This document shows, in pieces, positions 16,401 to 29,217 of a stretch of DNA of 64,000 nucleotides (within the stretch, counting starts at the first letter, position 1; each line of letters begins with the position of its first letter). This DNA comes from Paraspadella gotoi (lineage: Eukaryota > Animalia > Chaetognatha), in assembly GCA_051294375.1 (NCBI GenBank), contig CM119265.1, positions 7,015,489-7,079,488 on the forward strand, written 5' to 3'. The notes under the pieces are model-generated. The model was not told the DNA's origin, did no database searches, and saw only the letters and a list, made by a program, of their open reading frames with translations. Both the position numbers and the translations under genes were made by a program.

Positions 16401-19246
16401 TAGGCCCTAGTTATGACTATATCATGCTTTTTTTGTATCTGTTGGTCCATCTGTCATTCCTTTTGTTTTTATACTTTAGGCTAATTTTATTTTTTAAGTT
16501 TTTAATGTATAAAACTTAGGTTTTCTGTATCAAATTTGATTTTTTGAGTGTCAAAGTTTGTCATAAATCGAGATTTTTGCTATGAGATCGCGTCGATCCT
16601 TATGCTTTTAAGATTTTCTTCAAAGGCTTCGAAGCGAGAAAAAGCTGCTTCTTACAACCCACGACAATGGCACATTGCTCCGAAAGGCTCTTCCTCCGTC
16701 GAATCCCAGTCTGGCGGGGGCTTTGACTTTGACGAATTCGACGACGATGATAAAAGTGACTCTACAAAGTCCAGCGCAGACGCCTCTGCCGCGTCGGCGT
16801 CCGCAAGATCGAAAGCCAACGGCAAAGACCAAGTTGTGTTAGAATTGACGCGCGGTGTGCCTTCGAAGGGGCCGATTCATCGTGTCGTCCGGCCTTCAAT
16901 TCCGCGTCCCTTCACCAAGGAAGTTACAAAGGAGCCACTTCACGCATTCGCTGATCCCGTCACTTCGCTTAAGGTCTCGCGACAACACAAAGTAAGTGTT
17001 AACATTTTTTTTGCCTGGGGGAGTTGTCTTATTTTTTATTTTTTTTATCTCTTTTCCACTACTATACTTTTATTTTGTTTTTCAACTTCCAGGATTTGTT
17101 CCCGGTTGTTCGCGTGACAAAAGAGGCTTTCGAGTGTCAGGAACTGGGCGAACGCCAGAGCTTCTTTGATGATCTACACTACCTTCTGAGCGGTCTTCGC
17201 TCTGGCGGCTCCCTCTCCCTCCGCTGTTCCAGTCTTTGCTCGCTCGCCGAAAAGTGTCTCTCGCCTGCCTTCAGAATGCACCTACGCGCACACAACACTT
17301 TATTGAGAATCTTTCAATCTCTATGGTAAATCTAGTTTATGGCTAATTTATATAGTCGCCTCACTGTTTAAAGACAAAATACATATTCATTAATTTTTTG
17401 TTTATAACCTTTTTTCCAGTGATGCTTGCGACGATCCCAGCTTAGCTTTGTGCACGGCTGCCGTGATGTACATCATTTCGCGTGATCGCTTGAACATGGA
17501 CCTTGACAAATCGACGCTGGAGTTGATGGTTTCGTTGCTGGGCGTTGATTCTCGTCACGAGGGGACGTCGCAGTCGGAGTGGCGGTCCAAGCAGGCAACC
17601 CCCGACTTCAAGCGAAACTACGCACGCGTGCAGGAAATTTGCAAAAAGCTCATCGACTCTGGCTCCACCGCCGCCAAACATCTCGACCTGGATTCTCTTT
17701 CCACCGGAGTCTTGGCCATGGAGGCGCTGCTCAGCCTAACTGCGAAGAAGGCGGGCGACTGGTTTAAGGAGTCTCTTCGAGCTTCTGGCGGCCTGGATCA
17801 CATCACCAACACGGTCGTCGAAAGCGTCGCCTACCTCATAAACAGCAAGAATCAAGATGGATTCCTTCCGGCGCATCTGTCGACCGATTGCAACACGACG
17901 ACGAGAGGATTACTTGCCGATCCCTTTGTGGACAGGTTAGTCTATTTTTTTCTTTTAATCACTTGCATAATTCCTTTTTTTTTAATTTATATTTAATTTC
18001 TTACCCTTAGATTAACACGCATCGAGAGAAGTCTCCGCGTCCTGAACAGCGTCACTAACGAAAACCAAGAGAACATCAAGTACCTCATATCGTTCAAAGA
18101 ATCTTCCCTCCTCTCCACTCTCGTGGCCACCCTGGAACTTTGCTACGAACTCTTCCGCCGCCACCCTCTGACCAACAGCGCTAAAACGAAGGAGACGGTC
18201 GGTTCCGTCGTTTATCGTGTTACTGATGTCACCTTCGGCGCTCTTATCAATCTGACTAATAACGAATGGGGGGCAACGAAAAGCAGTTACCAAGGTAATT
18301 CGATTGTTAGCGTTGTTGTCTTTTTTAGCCTTTTCCTGATTCTTTCTCTTTTGTTTTCAGTCGATCTCATACCTACGGTGCTTGACATGATTCTTCACGC
18401 GCCGCAGCATGTGACGACTGCCAAAAAGTTTGACCTTATCGTGTTGGGATTGAGTTTGCTCATCAACCTGGTGGAGCACTGTGACGCTAACAAGCGGCTC
18501 CTCATCGACGCCCGACTCCGCGCGCCTTTCCGTCCGCTGGGCCCTGCAGTTCGAAGCGTCGTGCGGGAAGTGGTTGAACATCCGCCAGGAAACGGGGAGC
18601 TCGTTAACGCCGACCAATCGGCCATCGAGGGGATGATCCTGGTGAGTTAGATTTGTGTTATCGGTTACCAGAATCTCATAGGAGAGGAGGGACTTCGTTT
18701 ACTTACTTACCACCTCCTCCTCAGCTGTACCAAGATCGTCTCGCTGCGGCGGAAAGAACCGACTACGACGAAACAAAGAAACCGGCGTTAGAAGGGGGCG
18801 CCGGCCCTTCCGCCGCCAATGACGAAAAGAACGACGACGAGGACTACGATGAGTACCGCGATTGGGTCATGGAGCCGGCCAAGAAACCCTCGACTGACGG
18901 AGACGGGCCCGATGACGACGACGAGGAAGAAGGAATGGGCATCGACGTTGAGTTCGTGACCAATACGGCCGAGGGCGAGGAGCAACTTCGCAAGGCCCTG
19001 CACAAGGCGGGCAAGCAACTAGAGGACAGCTGCGTTTCTTCCTACGTAGCCCTCTTGCTTGGGTTTCTTATTGAGGACAACTACATGTACACGGAGCGCG
19101 TGCGTGACCACTTGCCCGACCGCTCCTTCGAGTCGATGGTCCACATCCTGAAAAAGTTTTACAACTTCATGAACCTCGCCAGTTCGGCCGAAAGTACAGT
19201 GCCCAAATCTATTGCTAGGGTGATAGAGATTTTGGAAGCATCTTAG
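13460..19246 (+). CDS. WAPL: Wings apart-like cohesin release factor; first exon 13460-13574 splices in frame to 13651
   Basis: Long disordered N-terminus, then the WAPL domain (ECQELGERQSFFDDLHYLL, PAFRMHLRAH, LSLTAKKAGDWFKESLR, LGLSLLINLVEH, KALHKAGKQLEDS). Confidence 0.95.
15850..16616 (+). mobile_element. HINE-like family A copy carrying a family C segment (about 16010-16410), in a WAPL intron
   Basis: Shares the 5' hairpin, the TTAAATTTGGGTGTATGAAG block and the GATCCTTATGCTTTTAAG 3' end with 3094-3796. Confidence 0.7.
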
Positions 19247-19612
19247 AAAAACTAATTTTTCTAGATTTTTTTCTTATTTTTTCTCAACTTCTAAAGGTTA
19301 TTATTTTTTTTGGTTGTATCCTAATTGTTTCACTTAATTCTTTTATAGATAGTTTTGTTCTAAAATCAATTAATAGCCATCGACATTCAAGGAATTTTTT
19401 TAGAATTATTCCCGTCGGTTCCTTTTTTCCCATGATTCCTTTTTTCAAAATTTTTATTTTTAACTCGCTCTGATATTGACATATTTGTTGTCGACAAAAC
19501 TTGTAAATTATTAATTGCATTCACGCAGCTAAAAATGGTTAAATGGGTCTCTTGAAAAAACTCGTACGATCCTGGGAACCAAGCGGCGATTCAAGTACGA
19601 GTGGGCAAGATA

Positions 19613-22600
19613 ATGGCCGCCTCCGGCGCCAGAGGGGGCGGGGGCGAAGAAAACACTTTCAAGGAAAAAATCAAAACGATTTTCGGGATCTCCTCGGCGC
19701 CTTCGCGGCCTCTCGAGGCGCCCGGTCGAGTGCCAGTTTCCGCAGGAAGCGTGGAGAAGCGGCCGGTTCAAACCTTCGTCCTACCCCCTGACGTTTTTAG
19801 AGGTTAAAAGGGCAGAGCGTCTGCTTTTCTTAATATATATAGGTTCGTATGGTCCCATTACTTCACTTAGTTTCTTTCCCTCCCCCGTCAACCTATAGAC
19901 ATTAGCCCCGACAGTCCTGCTAACCACCGATTGAAAAGTGTCCGCTCTCTCACCGAGGTCGTCGCCAAAAAGAAGTTGGAAAACCATGCCATCGAGGCTT
20001 TGTGGCAAAAAATTGCCGACATGGTCGAGCCCACTAGTCCACAAGAGATACGGCAAACGGCGCTAAGGTTTCTATGCTGTCTCATCAAAGGTGAGATTAT
20101 CAAAATTCAGATCTGAAAAAAAAGTACTTTGTCTCATTGTTTCTCCTTATGACGTGCAGGCCAATTCGACTGGTTGGACGGAAGAACGCGGGACTTTTTC
20201 TTCCGCGTCATTTCCGCTCAAAAACCTCGAAAGGAGGATTTCCCGCTGCTGTTCGAGACGCTGAAGGAGCTGCTCGTCTGCGGGAAAAATGTTGACGATA
20301 TCGAGGAGGAGATTGGGCCGGTCCTCTGCGATTGGATGAAGCAATTCATCATCGACGCCGCGGTCGGTGACGCCGCAGCCGTCGCCGCTTTCAAGACTGA
20401 TCGCACCGACCTCGTCATAGATTTTCTCACTCTCCTCATAAACATGTTTAAGTTCAACGCGGCCTATATGAGCGATGAAGCCGTTTCCTGCGTCTTGTCA
20501 AGCACTTGCGAACTCGCGCTCCGATCTACCGAGGAGCAGATCGTGCTTCTCTCTATTCAACTTGTGGAGACCAACATTTTTTACGGTTTTTTGCCGTCGT
20601 CCACTCTACCCGACGTCATCTACGCCGCGTGTCGTCTCATTAACATTCAGAGCAATGCCACCTGCAAAGCCTGTTGGAAAGCGATGAGACATCTACTTGG
20701 CACCCACCTCGGTCACCTGGGCATTTACCACATGTGTTGCCTCATGCAAGAAGTAGTGGAGGACTCTGCTCTCGTTCGTGGGGCTGTCTTTTACACAGGA
20801 ATGTCGCTCTGGGGTTCGCAGAAAGTTGCCTCGCTCAAACACACCCCGACTTCTGTGCTACCGTCTTTCATCGCTGCATTAAGTAAGACGGCCGAAGGGA
20901 AAAAAATATAATTTCCCGGAGTCTTTATTATAGGATTATCTTTTTCAGGGTGCAACTCGACGATCGTAGCAGTCGAAGTGCTACTTTCCGTCGAACGTTT
21001 GGTAAAAAAGTTTAGTGATACGCTTACCCTAATCGCTTGGGAACTCGTGCTCGACGTATTGGAAAAGTCGCGCCAGTTTTTGCCCCACGTTCATCTTGAC
21101 AACGAAGTCAAAAAGCTGAAAAAGGGTTTCCACGAGGTCCTGACGCCCATCGAGAATCTGTACTTCGATAAAAAATATTGTGGGAACGCGGCTCGTTTGT
21201 TGCAGGTTTATGATTGTGATTGCAGTCTACAATATTAATATAATCATTAAAGCTACTTTATTGCTATATTAAAGCTATGTACTATTAAAGCTTAAAGCTA
21301 TTTTATAATTAATCTATGTAATTTATTGTGAGGTCTACTTCGTAATTAAAACTAAAACACTGTTCGTTTTAGTTGATCAAAGATTGCTCGGATGAACGTC
21401 CTGAGAACTCCGTCATCAAGTTGTTGGCTGAAATGGGGGCAGAAGCCAAACATTCCAAGCCCTCGCAGGAGGACATTCCAATTTTGACGCAAATGATGGA
21501 GTTGTACTTTAAAAAAGAACGTCGAGTCTCTTTGCGGCTGATGTCTTTGGAAATCTTAGCTGAAGTGTATCGACAAAGAAAATCAATTCACAAAACGGGT
21601 GCATACTGTGAAATACTGTTGACGGAAATGATGATGTTCCAAATTTTATCCCGACTCTCGTTCAGATATCATCGAAAGCGTCATGGTGCCTTTCTTGCTC
21701 GACCTTGATCGCGAACCGGAAGACAAGTTAGCATCCGAGGGACTGCGCTTGCTCACGGACGCATTACAAGACATAGAGGAGCCGCTGCGTCGCCTCGATA
21801 TTCTCAGCGTTTTCGACAGAATTATCAGCTCCTCTTTGGACGCACAATCTGTCCAAAACTGTAAGACCTTCGCAAAACTTACAAAATGGACTAGATCATA
21901 ACAGTTTTACCTTTCAACAGATTCTCCTCCCTCGACCCGGCTGACCACGGCTATTTTCGGTTTGCTTCGCATCTTCGTCGCAAAAATGATGGCTTTTCCG
22001 CCGACGTTTGCCGCAAAGATCTACGAAATCCTGCTTGCTCAACTTAATTCTCACGTCGCCGAGATGATACGAAAAATAGAAGATCCTTCTACCGTTTCGG
22101 GTGAGTCGTTTCTTGTATTCATCGCCAGTCAAGATTATTAATTTTTGAATTTTCGCCTCCACGTTTGCCAGTTGTCGACTCCCCCTCGGCCGTATTCGTT
22201 CGTCAGACCATAGTAACTTTCCTACTTAACTTTCGCTACGATTCCCTTAACCGCCTTGGCCTTCCGATGAGCTACGCGCGCCTTTGCTCAACTCGCTCGC
22301 CGACTTCGTCGTCCTCCGATTCACTTCTTTTGCTTTTGACTTTTTCCCCAAACTCACCGGATTCCCAGACGGCTTCGTCGGGACTCATACTTTGGAGCCC
22401 ATTTTTCGTAGCGGCCTCAGTGTTAGGCGAGGGCCTCGGCCGCGTTTCCCACGAGTCTTCGCCCACCTCGTCGCCGGTAGTAACGCCCACTCCTCCGCCG
22501 TCCAGGACATTTTGTCTGAATTACACTCAAGCCTTTCAAACAATCATATCAATGCTGGAACACGTGAGTTTTCACTTTTAGATTATAAAGTTTTTACCGA

Positions 22601-25600
22601 ATATTTTCATTTAATTCGTATGCGTAAATATTTAATGTGTTGTTTTCTTCACAGGAACGAAACTGGCTTGTGCTCGAGCAACTGCTTGACGGACTCCCAC
22701 GCATTATCGAAAACAAGTCCCTGATAATCTCTGCCAACTCCATCGAAAACGCGGCTTGTTTGGATCCCCATCCGCTACTGGGGCAACTTTGCGTTGCCTT
22801 GTGTCAGTTCGTGAGCAACAAAAATATATTCGACCTTCTTGTCGGGAAACCGGCCAAGGGTGAAGATCAGAAGAACTTCTCGAGGTCCGATTTTCATGTG
22901 AAGGTACAAAGAATTACGTATTATTTTTTATGTTAAACGTTTACTGATTGGTATTCTTTAATGCTGAACTGTTTTTAATTCTTGATAGGTTTTTCCGGCC
23001 TTGATTCCTCTGTGCTCATATCAAAGTTTCTTAGACGGCGCTCGTAAACGCGAGCTTCTGAGATGCTTAGAGTTTGGTCTTGTATCGCGTCATGCGCGTC
23101 AGTGCGTCTCCGCGTTGACGGTGTGCTCGCTCGAGATGACCGACACCATGCTTCGGCAATTACCATCGATCCTTTTGCGTCTCTCGCAAATATCAGCGAC
23201 GACCTCGATGGCCGTTCCCGTCCTTGAATTTCTTTCCACGCTCGTCAGAGTGCCTCGCCTTTATGCTAGTTTCGTAGAAGACCAGTACTTGAACGTATTC
23301 GCCATTGCCTTGCCCTACGCCAATCCTTGGAAGTTCAACCATTTTGCCGTTTCACTCGCCTACACAGTCATCGCCTTTTGGTTCATTAAATGTCGGCAAC
23401 CCTTGCGAAAGAACTTTGTCTCTTTCATCACTAAAGGACTAAAAACGAACATTCAGCGAGAATTGGGCCAAAAATTTGAAGTTAACACCGGGCTGCGCGA
23501 ACGGAAAGGAAGCGCCCCTGGTCAGGAAATGTTTTTGCCACTGGATCAGTCGTCATTAAAGCTACACACGGAGTTGATCGAATCCTGTCTCGACCTTTTA
23601 GCGAGATACACGCATTCGTCTTTCTCTCTCCTGCCTCGCCGATCCCCGGTGGCAGAGTTTTTGCTTAAAGGTGGTCGCACCGAGCACTGGATAGTAGGAA
23701 CTATGATCGTTTCGATCACCACCTCCTCATCCGGCGGCAAAGCCATCAATAGCGGCCTGTGCGATAAGTGTGCAGAATTGACCAGTTCCTCTACCGCGGA
23801 TACTAAGACTCAAGACGAAGATGAAACCAAAGACCGAAGACGTCACGTTTCGGCTTTTACTCAGCCCACCGCTATCAAACAAGTTACCAGGCCAAGATAC
23901 AGTGAGGTAGGGAAATCTTCCCAAGGGCTTCTCAATATGAAGCAACATTCGGAAGAGGATCCTAAAGATCCGTATGTGTCGAAAAGCACTCATAGTTCAT
24001 CCGCCGTTAGGGGACTTTGCAACTGTTGGTGTGAATCCTGGGCAGAAATCGTCATTCGCCGTCCTTCTGGAAATGCGTCGTGGATAATGCGAATCCAGAA
24101 TGAACAAGGAATTGATGGTGAGGCTATGCCTCTTCCATTGGCCGATATTCATGCACTGCTGAAGATAAATTCCGACCAACAGTCTGGAAGTGATTCAAGA
24201 AGTTCTAATAGAGTACACGAACGACGCCGTATCGATAGTGAGCATCTTAAAGAAGCCGATTATGAATGTCTTTACGAAAAACACTTTTCTGAGTCAGTCG
24301 CCATAACTGAGGACGTCACTGAAAGTTATCGACAGAATTCTAACGATAATTCTTGTGGACCGTCAATAGCTGGATCCGAGAGGGAATTCTCCGCCATCGG
24401 CTCAGCTTCTGAGGAAGCCTCGGAACACGAACCTGTCCTTCAGCGTAGCTCTTCATCTCCTGATTTAACGAAAATGAACAGCACTCAGCTTTTACCTGGG
24501 AATAAAAATACTTCCTCGCCTCTTCCTTCCCCTGATCGCCCTTCTCTCGAAAGACCGAGTGAGTTTCCTAAGCCGGCTCCAGTTCGAAAACTCGCTGTTA
24601 ATGACATTGATCCAATGGAATCTAGTCTCTCTGCTTCTGCCGATGGCCGATTATCCGAGTGCCCTGTTTCTGAGACGAACAATTCTCGGGAAATCGTCAA
24701 CATCACAAGGTCAACTGAAAACGATACCTTTTTTGACAGCCAACGTCGCAGAGTCCACACAGTTTCAGTTTCTTCCGCATTAGCCTATAAAAAAATGATT
24801 CGGCCCAACTCGTTGACTCAAACGACGGCCCAAAAGCTGCTGCCCAAGCTTGCTCGTGAGGGAAAAGCATCCATTCAATTCGCCCTATTTAATAAACGAA
24901 TCCCCGATAGAGTTCCCACTGATTCAATTACCTTGCCTACCAAAGCTACTGAAAAGAACCTACCGGACGATTCTTTACGCTCCGAATCAGTGAAGACAGG
25001 CCTCGACCCTCGTTTTGTTTATTTACAGCTTTTTCATTCTGGGATATTTGCTCAGTCTCTACCGGACACGGAACCTAATCTCTGGTCTCCGATCCACATC
25101 GCCGAGAATCCTGAGCGTGCCATAGGCTCAATAGATGCTATTTACCCTTATGAGACTCATGACATTGGTGTTCTCTATGTTGCGAAGGGACAAATGTCTC
25201 TTGAAAAGCCCGAATTTGCAATTCTGGCTAATATGTGCGGCAGCACGAGATATATTAACTTTTTGGCGGGTTTGGGCCGATTGGTTGCTTTGAAAGGCCG
25301 CGACGCAAATTCTCGGCTGGATGATACTTACCTAGATGGACTCGATACAAGCAATGGAAGGGATGGATTGTATACGTACCATTGGAAGGACGACATAACC
25401 CAAGTCTGTTTTCACGTGGCTACCCTCATGCCCAACGACCAAAATAACTGGAGAAACATTAATAAAAAGAAACATATTGGGAACGATGCCGTACACATTG
25501 TATACAATGATTCCGGTATCGATTACAAGAATGGCACTATCCAAAGTCAATTTAACTATGCAAGTGTGGTTATCAAACCGGTGGAACATTGTGACAACAT

Positions 25601-25994
25601 AGTTCACGTTCAGTCTAAGGAGGATATTGCCGAAGTAATTGGTCACTCGGAGCCTCACATCGTGTCTGACGCCAACTTGCCGCTTTTTGTTCGTCAGCTG
25701 GCCATACACGCTAATCTTGCGGCGCGAATTCACGTTTCAGTTGTGCGGATGCAGAGAAAATCGCTAGGCGTTGTTCACCCGTGTACGAACAACTGGGTGG
25801 AGCGATGCAAAGCCATCAAGCGATTGAGAATGAGACTCCGCCCGCCGAAAGGAAAGGAACAAGATATCGAACCGCTGACCAAGGACAGTCCTCGGATCCA
25901 GCAGGCGAAATGTGGAGGAGGTGATCCTTATTTTAAACTCGAGGTTACTAAGGACCACATAGATTCTATCACTGATTTTAGTGAAATACTGTAG
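19613..25994 (+). CDS. TSC2: Tuberin (Rheb GAP), about 10 exons with a 3-kb last exon
   Basis: FKEKIKTIFG N-terminus, MRHLLGTHLGH, RGAVFYTGMSLWG, VPVLEFLSTL, WAEIVIRRPSGN, Rap-GAP domain FHVATLMP...KKKHIGND. Confidence 0.98.
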
Positions 25995-26596
25995 ACAAGA
26001 TATTTAAAAAAAAAAAAATCTTGTATTTCGCTCTTAGTCATTTCGTTTGCAAAATCATGTGAGATTATCGAACGCGAAGTCGTATTACTACTACTGTGAT
26101 AATTTTATGGAGATTAATTAATGTGCCACTATTTTACATAATGAGTATTTTTAGCTGTGTTAATAAATATTGAAAAGAAATAAATCGGAGGTGAATTTAT
26201 GGGCGTCTGTTTGTTTTATTAGTTGAAAACCCCTTTCTTTTGTTTTAATGTCCTAAATTTATTATTTTCTCAAACTTTTGTTGTTTTTTTTTACAGCAAA
26301 TGGAAATGTTAAACTTTCCTACAGCGTGGCCTATAATATTAAACAAATTGAAATCAAGTGGAGTTGTAAGACGAGGTTTTTAGTTATTATAAACATTTTT
26401 CATATACCTGAAGTTATTTGTTGTCAGTTATTTTCGGTTTTTTTAATAATTTTATGAAATGGATATTAATTTGGATAAATGTTGTTGAAAATCATATTTG
26501 GAAAGGGCAATGATGATTTGTTTTATTACCATTTTTATGTATTTATATATCCTAACCTTATTTAAAAACCTTTTTTGAGGTACCGTGACCGTAAAA

Positions 26597-28902
26597 ATGA
26601 AAGTTCGGCCTGTAAAGGTTGAAGATAGTAACGATATTATTAGATTAATAAAACAATTAGCGGACTTTGAAAACAAGCATGATTATGTTACTATAACTGC
26701 GAAAAAACTTATGGAAGATGGATTCGGCGAAAAGCCCCTTTTCCATTGTCTGATTGCTGAATCAGAAGAGGTAAGATTCACCTAATGATAAGTTTTATTA
26801 AGGAATTATCAAGGTTTTTTTTTCTTAATCAGACGGTATATGGTTGTTTGCTTTTTTATTACGGATATTCGACTTGGGATGGTCCAACTCTTTTTGTTGA
26901 AGATTTTTATGTTAGACAATCGTTCTGCGAGAATCACATTGGTATCAGGATTTGGAAAGAAATATCGCGTCTAGCGTTGGACAAGAAATGTTACAGGTGC
27001 TTTTGATTTTGCACTCCAAAATATAGATAACTTTTCGAAATTAGGATTTTTAATGAGGGGCAATTTCAGACATGTTAAGGACATTGTTAAGGATGTCGAA
27101 TGTCGATATGTACTATCTAGGAAAAAAGTATATAACATAATTCATTTATTCAATAAAAAGTATACAAAACATGGGTAAAACATTCTCAATATTTGGTATG
27201 CATCGACTACTGCCTGCATTTGTCTAGCCATGCTCTCATACAACAAATTGAGGTATGACAGTGAAATGTTTTTCCACATCTTTAACGCAATTCTTTTCAG
27301 ACCCGATGTTGATGTTGAATATCTTTCCCTCTTTTTTAAAATGTATATTAGCACTTTTTTGAACCAAAAAGAGGTGCAAGGCCTTTAGCATTGCTAATTA
27401 AAAAAAAAAATAGAAAAAATAACTAACTCCATTCGAAATAAAAACAAATAACTAAATCCTAAAAATGGAGGAAAACTAAATATGATTTTTTTCGCCATTT
27501 TTAATTTGAAGTATCAATATTTTTTGGCCTGAAACTTCTAAACGATTTGACCTACAAAAAAATGGAAGGAAGCTACTGAAAGGAAATTCAATGTAGATCC
27601 GGAAACATTCGGATTTTTTTTAAATTAAACAAGTTTTCGAATAGATATCCTTTATTAAAAATGTTATATACTTTTTTCCTAGATATTAATTGGTACAACC
27701 AGTTATAAAGTGGTGTAATTACGTAAAGGAGGGATTTCAAGAGGATTATTCCAATTTCATGGGACAACAGTTTGTTAACTTTGTGGAATTGTGAGGCGGA
27801 GTAAAAGTCAACGGTCCTCGTGTAGTAAGATTGATTTCGACTTCTAAAGATATATAATTTTGTCAAACGTTTCAGTTATTGTCTTTCTAGTGAGATTTTT
27901 TTTTTTCAGGATTGAGTGGTCATGTATTATTAGGAATAAAGCAGCAGTTGATTTTTATGAAAATATGGGGGCAGAGAACCTGACTTTGAAGGAACAATGC
28001 GATATTTTTGAATTAGATCGAAGAAAAATGGATTTGTTAATAAAAAACAAGAATAATGTAAGTATCCTTTGGGAATTTCTCTATTTTCATTCTCAATTTT
28101 CATTTAGTATCAACTATTGTATTAAATCAGGTAAAATATGACTTTATTAGACTTGCGACTCTCGAAGATTGTGATGCTATTTTTGGCTTGAGACGCGAAT
28201 TAGCTATTTTTGATAACAAGTTGGACCAATTGAACATAACAACAGAAAAGCTGAAAATGGATGGGTTTTTAACGAATCCAAAATACCTTTGTTTGCTCGC
28301 AGAAAATGAAAAGGTAATCTACTCCGAAAATCCTGTCATCGAAAAGTTCTATATTTGGCCTCAATGAGGCCAAATAAATTATTAACCGAATTTGGCTAGG
28401 AAGTGATCGGCTATGCGCTTTTTTTCCCATCGTATTCTTCTTGGGTTGGAAAAACTATGTTTTTGGAGGACTTGTTCGTGAAACCAAAGATGAGACGAAA
28501 GGGTATCGCACAAAAGCTTTTTACGGAAATGGTTAGAATTGCCATAGAAATGAGTTGCGTTCGGTAAGCATTCAGTTAAATAATATTTAATAATATTTAT
28601 TTATATAATAATAAATAATATTTTTATATTTTTATATATTTATTAAATATATTGTAATAAAATGAATTAAATTTTATCTGATTTGCTCAATGGAAAATGT
28701 TTCATGTTGAATACTTATTCAGCAATGATACAATTGAAAAAATTTAAAAACATTTTGTTACAGAATTGAATGGATGTGCTTCGAATGGAATAAAAATGCC
28801 ATTTCCTTCTATGAAAAAAATAAAGGATTTAACTTAACCAAAGGATTCGGACAGCATTTTTTCTCCATGAATCATGAAGCAATGCAAAAATTTGTCGATT
28901 GA
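26597..28902 (+). CDS. Tandem double-domain diamine/thialysine acetyltransferase (SAT1/SAT2-like GNAT); exons 26597-26770, 26833-26996, 27910-28057, 28131-28313, 28400-28563, 28764-28902
   Basis: Two copies of the SSAT pattern (LA.F..., DGF, YS(T/S)W.G..(L/M)F.ED..V, RIEW, A..FYE) joined in frame by a phase-0 intron 28058-28130. Confidence 0.85.
27142..27360 (-). mobile_element. Tc1/mariner transposase C-terminal remnant in the SAT intron
   Basis: LKRIALKMWKNISLSYLNLLYESMARQMQAVVDA fits the Tc1 C-terminal W..I....L..L..SM..R..AV..A pattern. Confidence 0.65.
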
Positions 28903-29217
28903 TTATTATTTGTTATTTATTTAGCTTAATTTAAAAAAAAAAAAATTCCCAGAGATTCGTGTTACTTTCAATTTTACTTAATGGCTTACCTCATTATTCT
29001 GCCAAAAAAATTAGGTTTGATTTTGTTCTGATGTATTTTAATGAGGACATCGTGTGGACGGATTCAAGCGAGGAATAAGAAGTCTTTTTAAATGTCTATT
29101 TGTTTTATAAAGATTTTGAATAATTGATTCGAGAATTCTCCCTGGTCCGAAAATTGGTGAAATGACATTGACAACGTAGGTCTCTCGCCGGTTCACTTGG
29201 AACCGGATCGCTTGCCA

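Noticed and set aside
28062-28070. GTATCCTTT U12-type donor
   Set aside because: The overlapping GTAAGT U2 donor at 28058 preserves the frame; no U12 branch site seen
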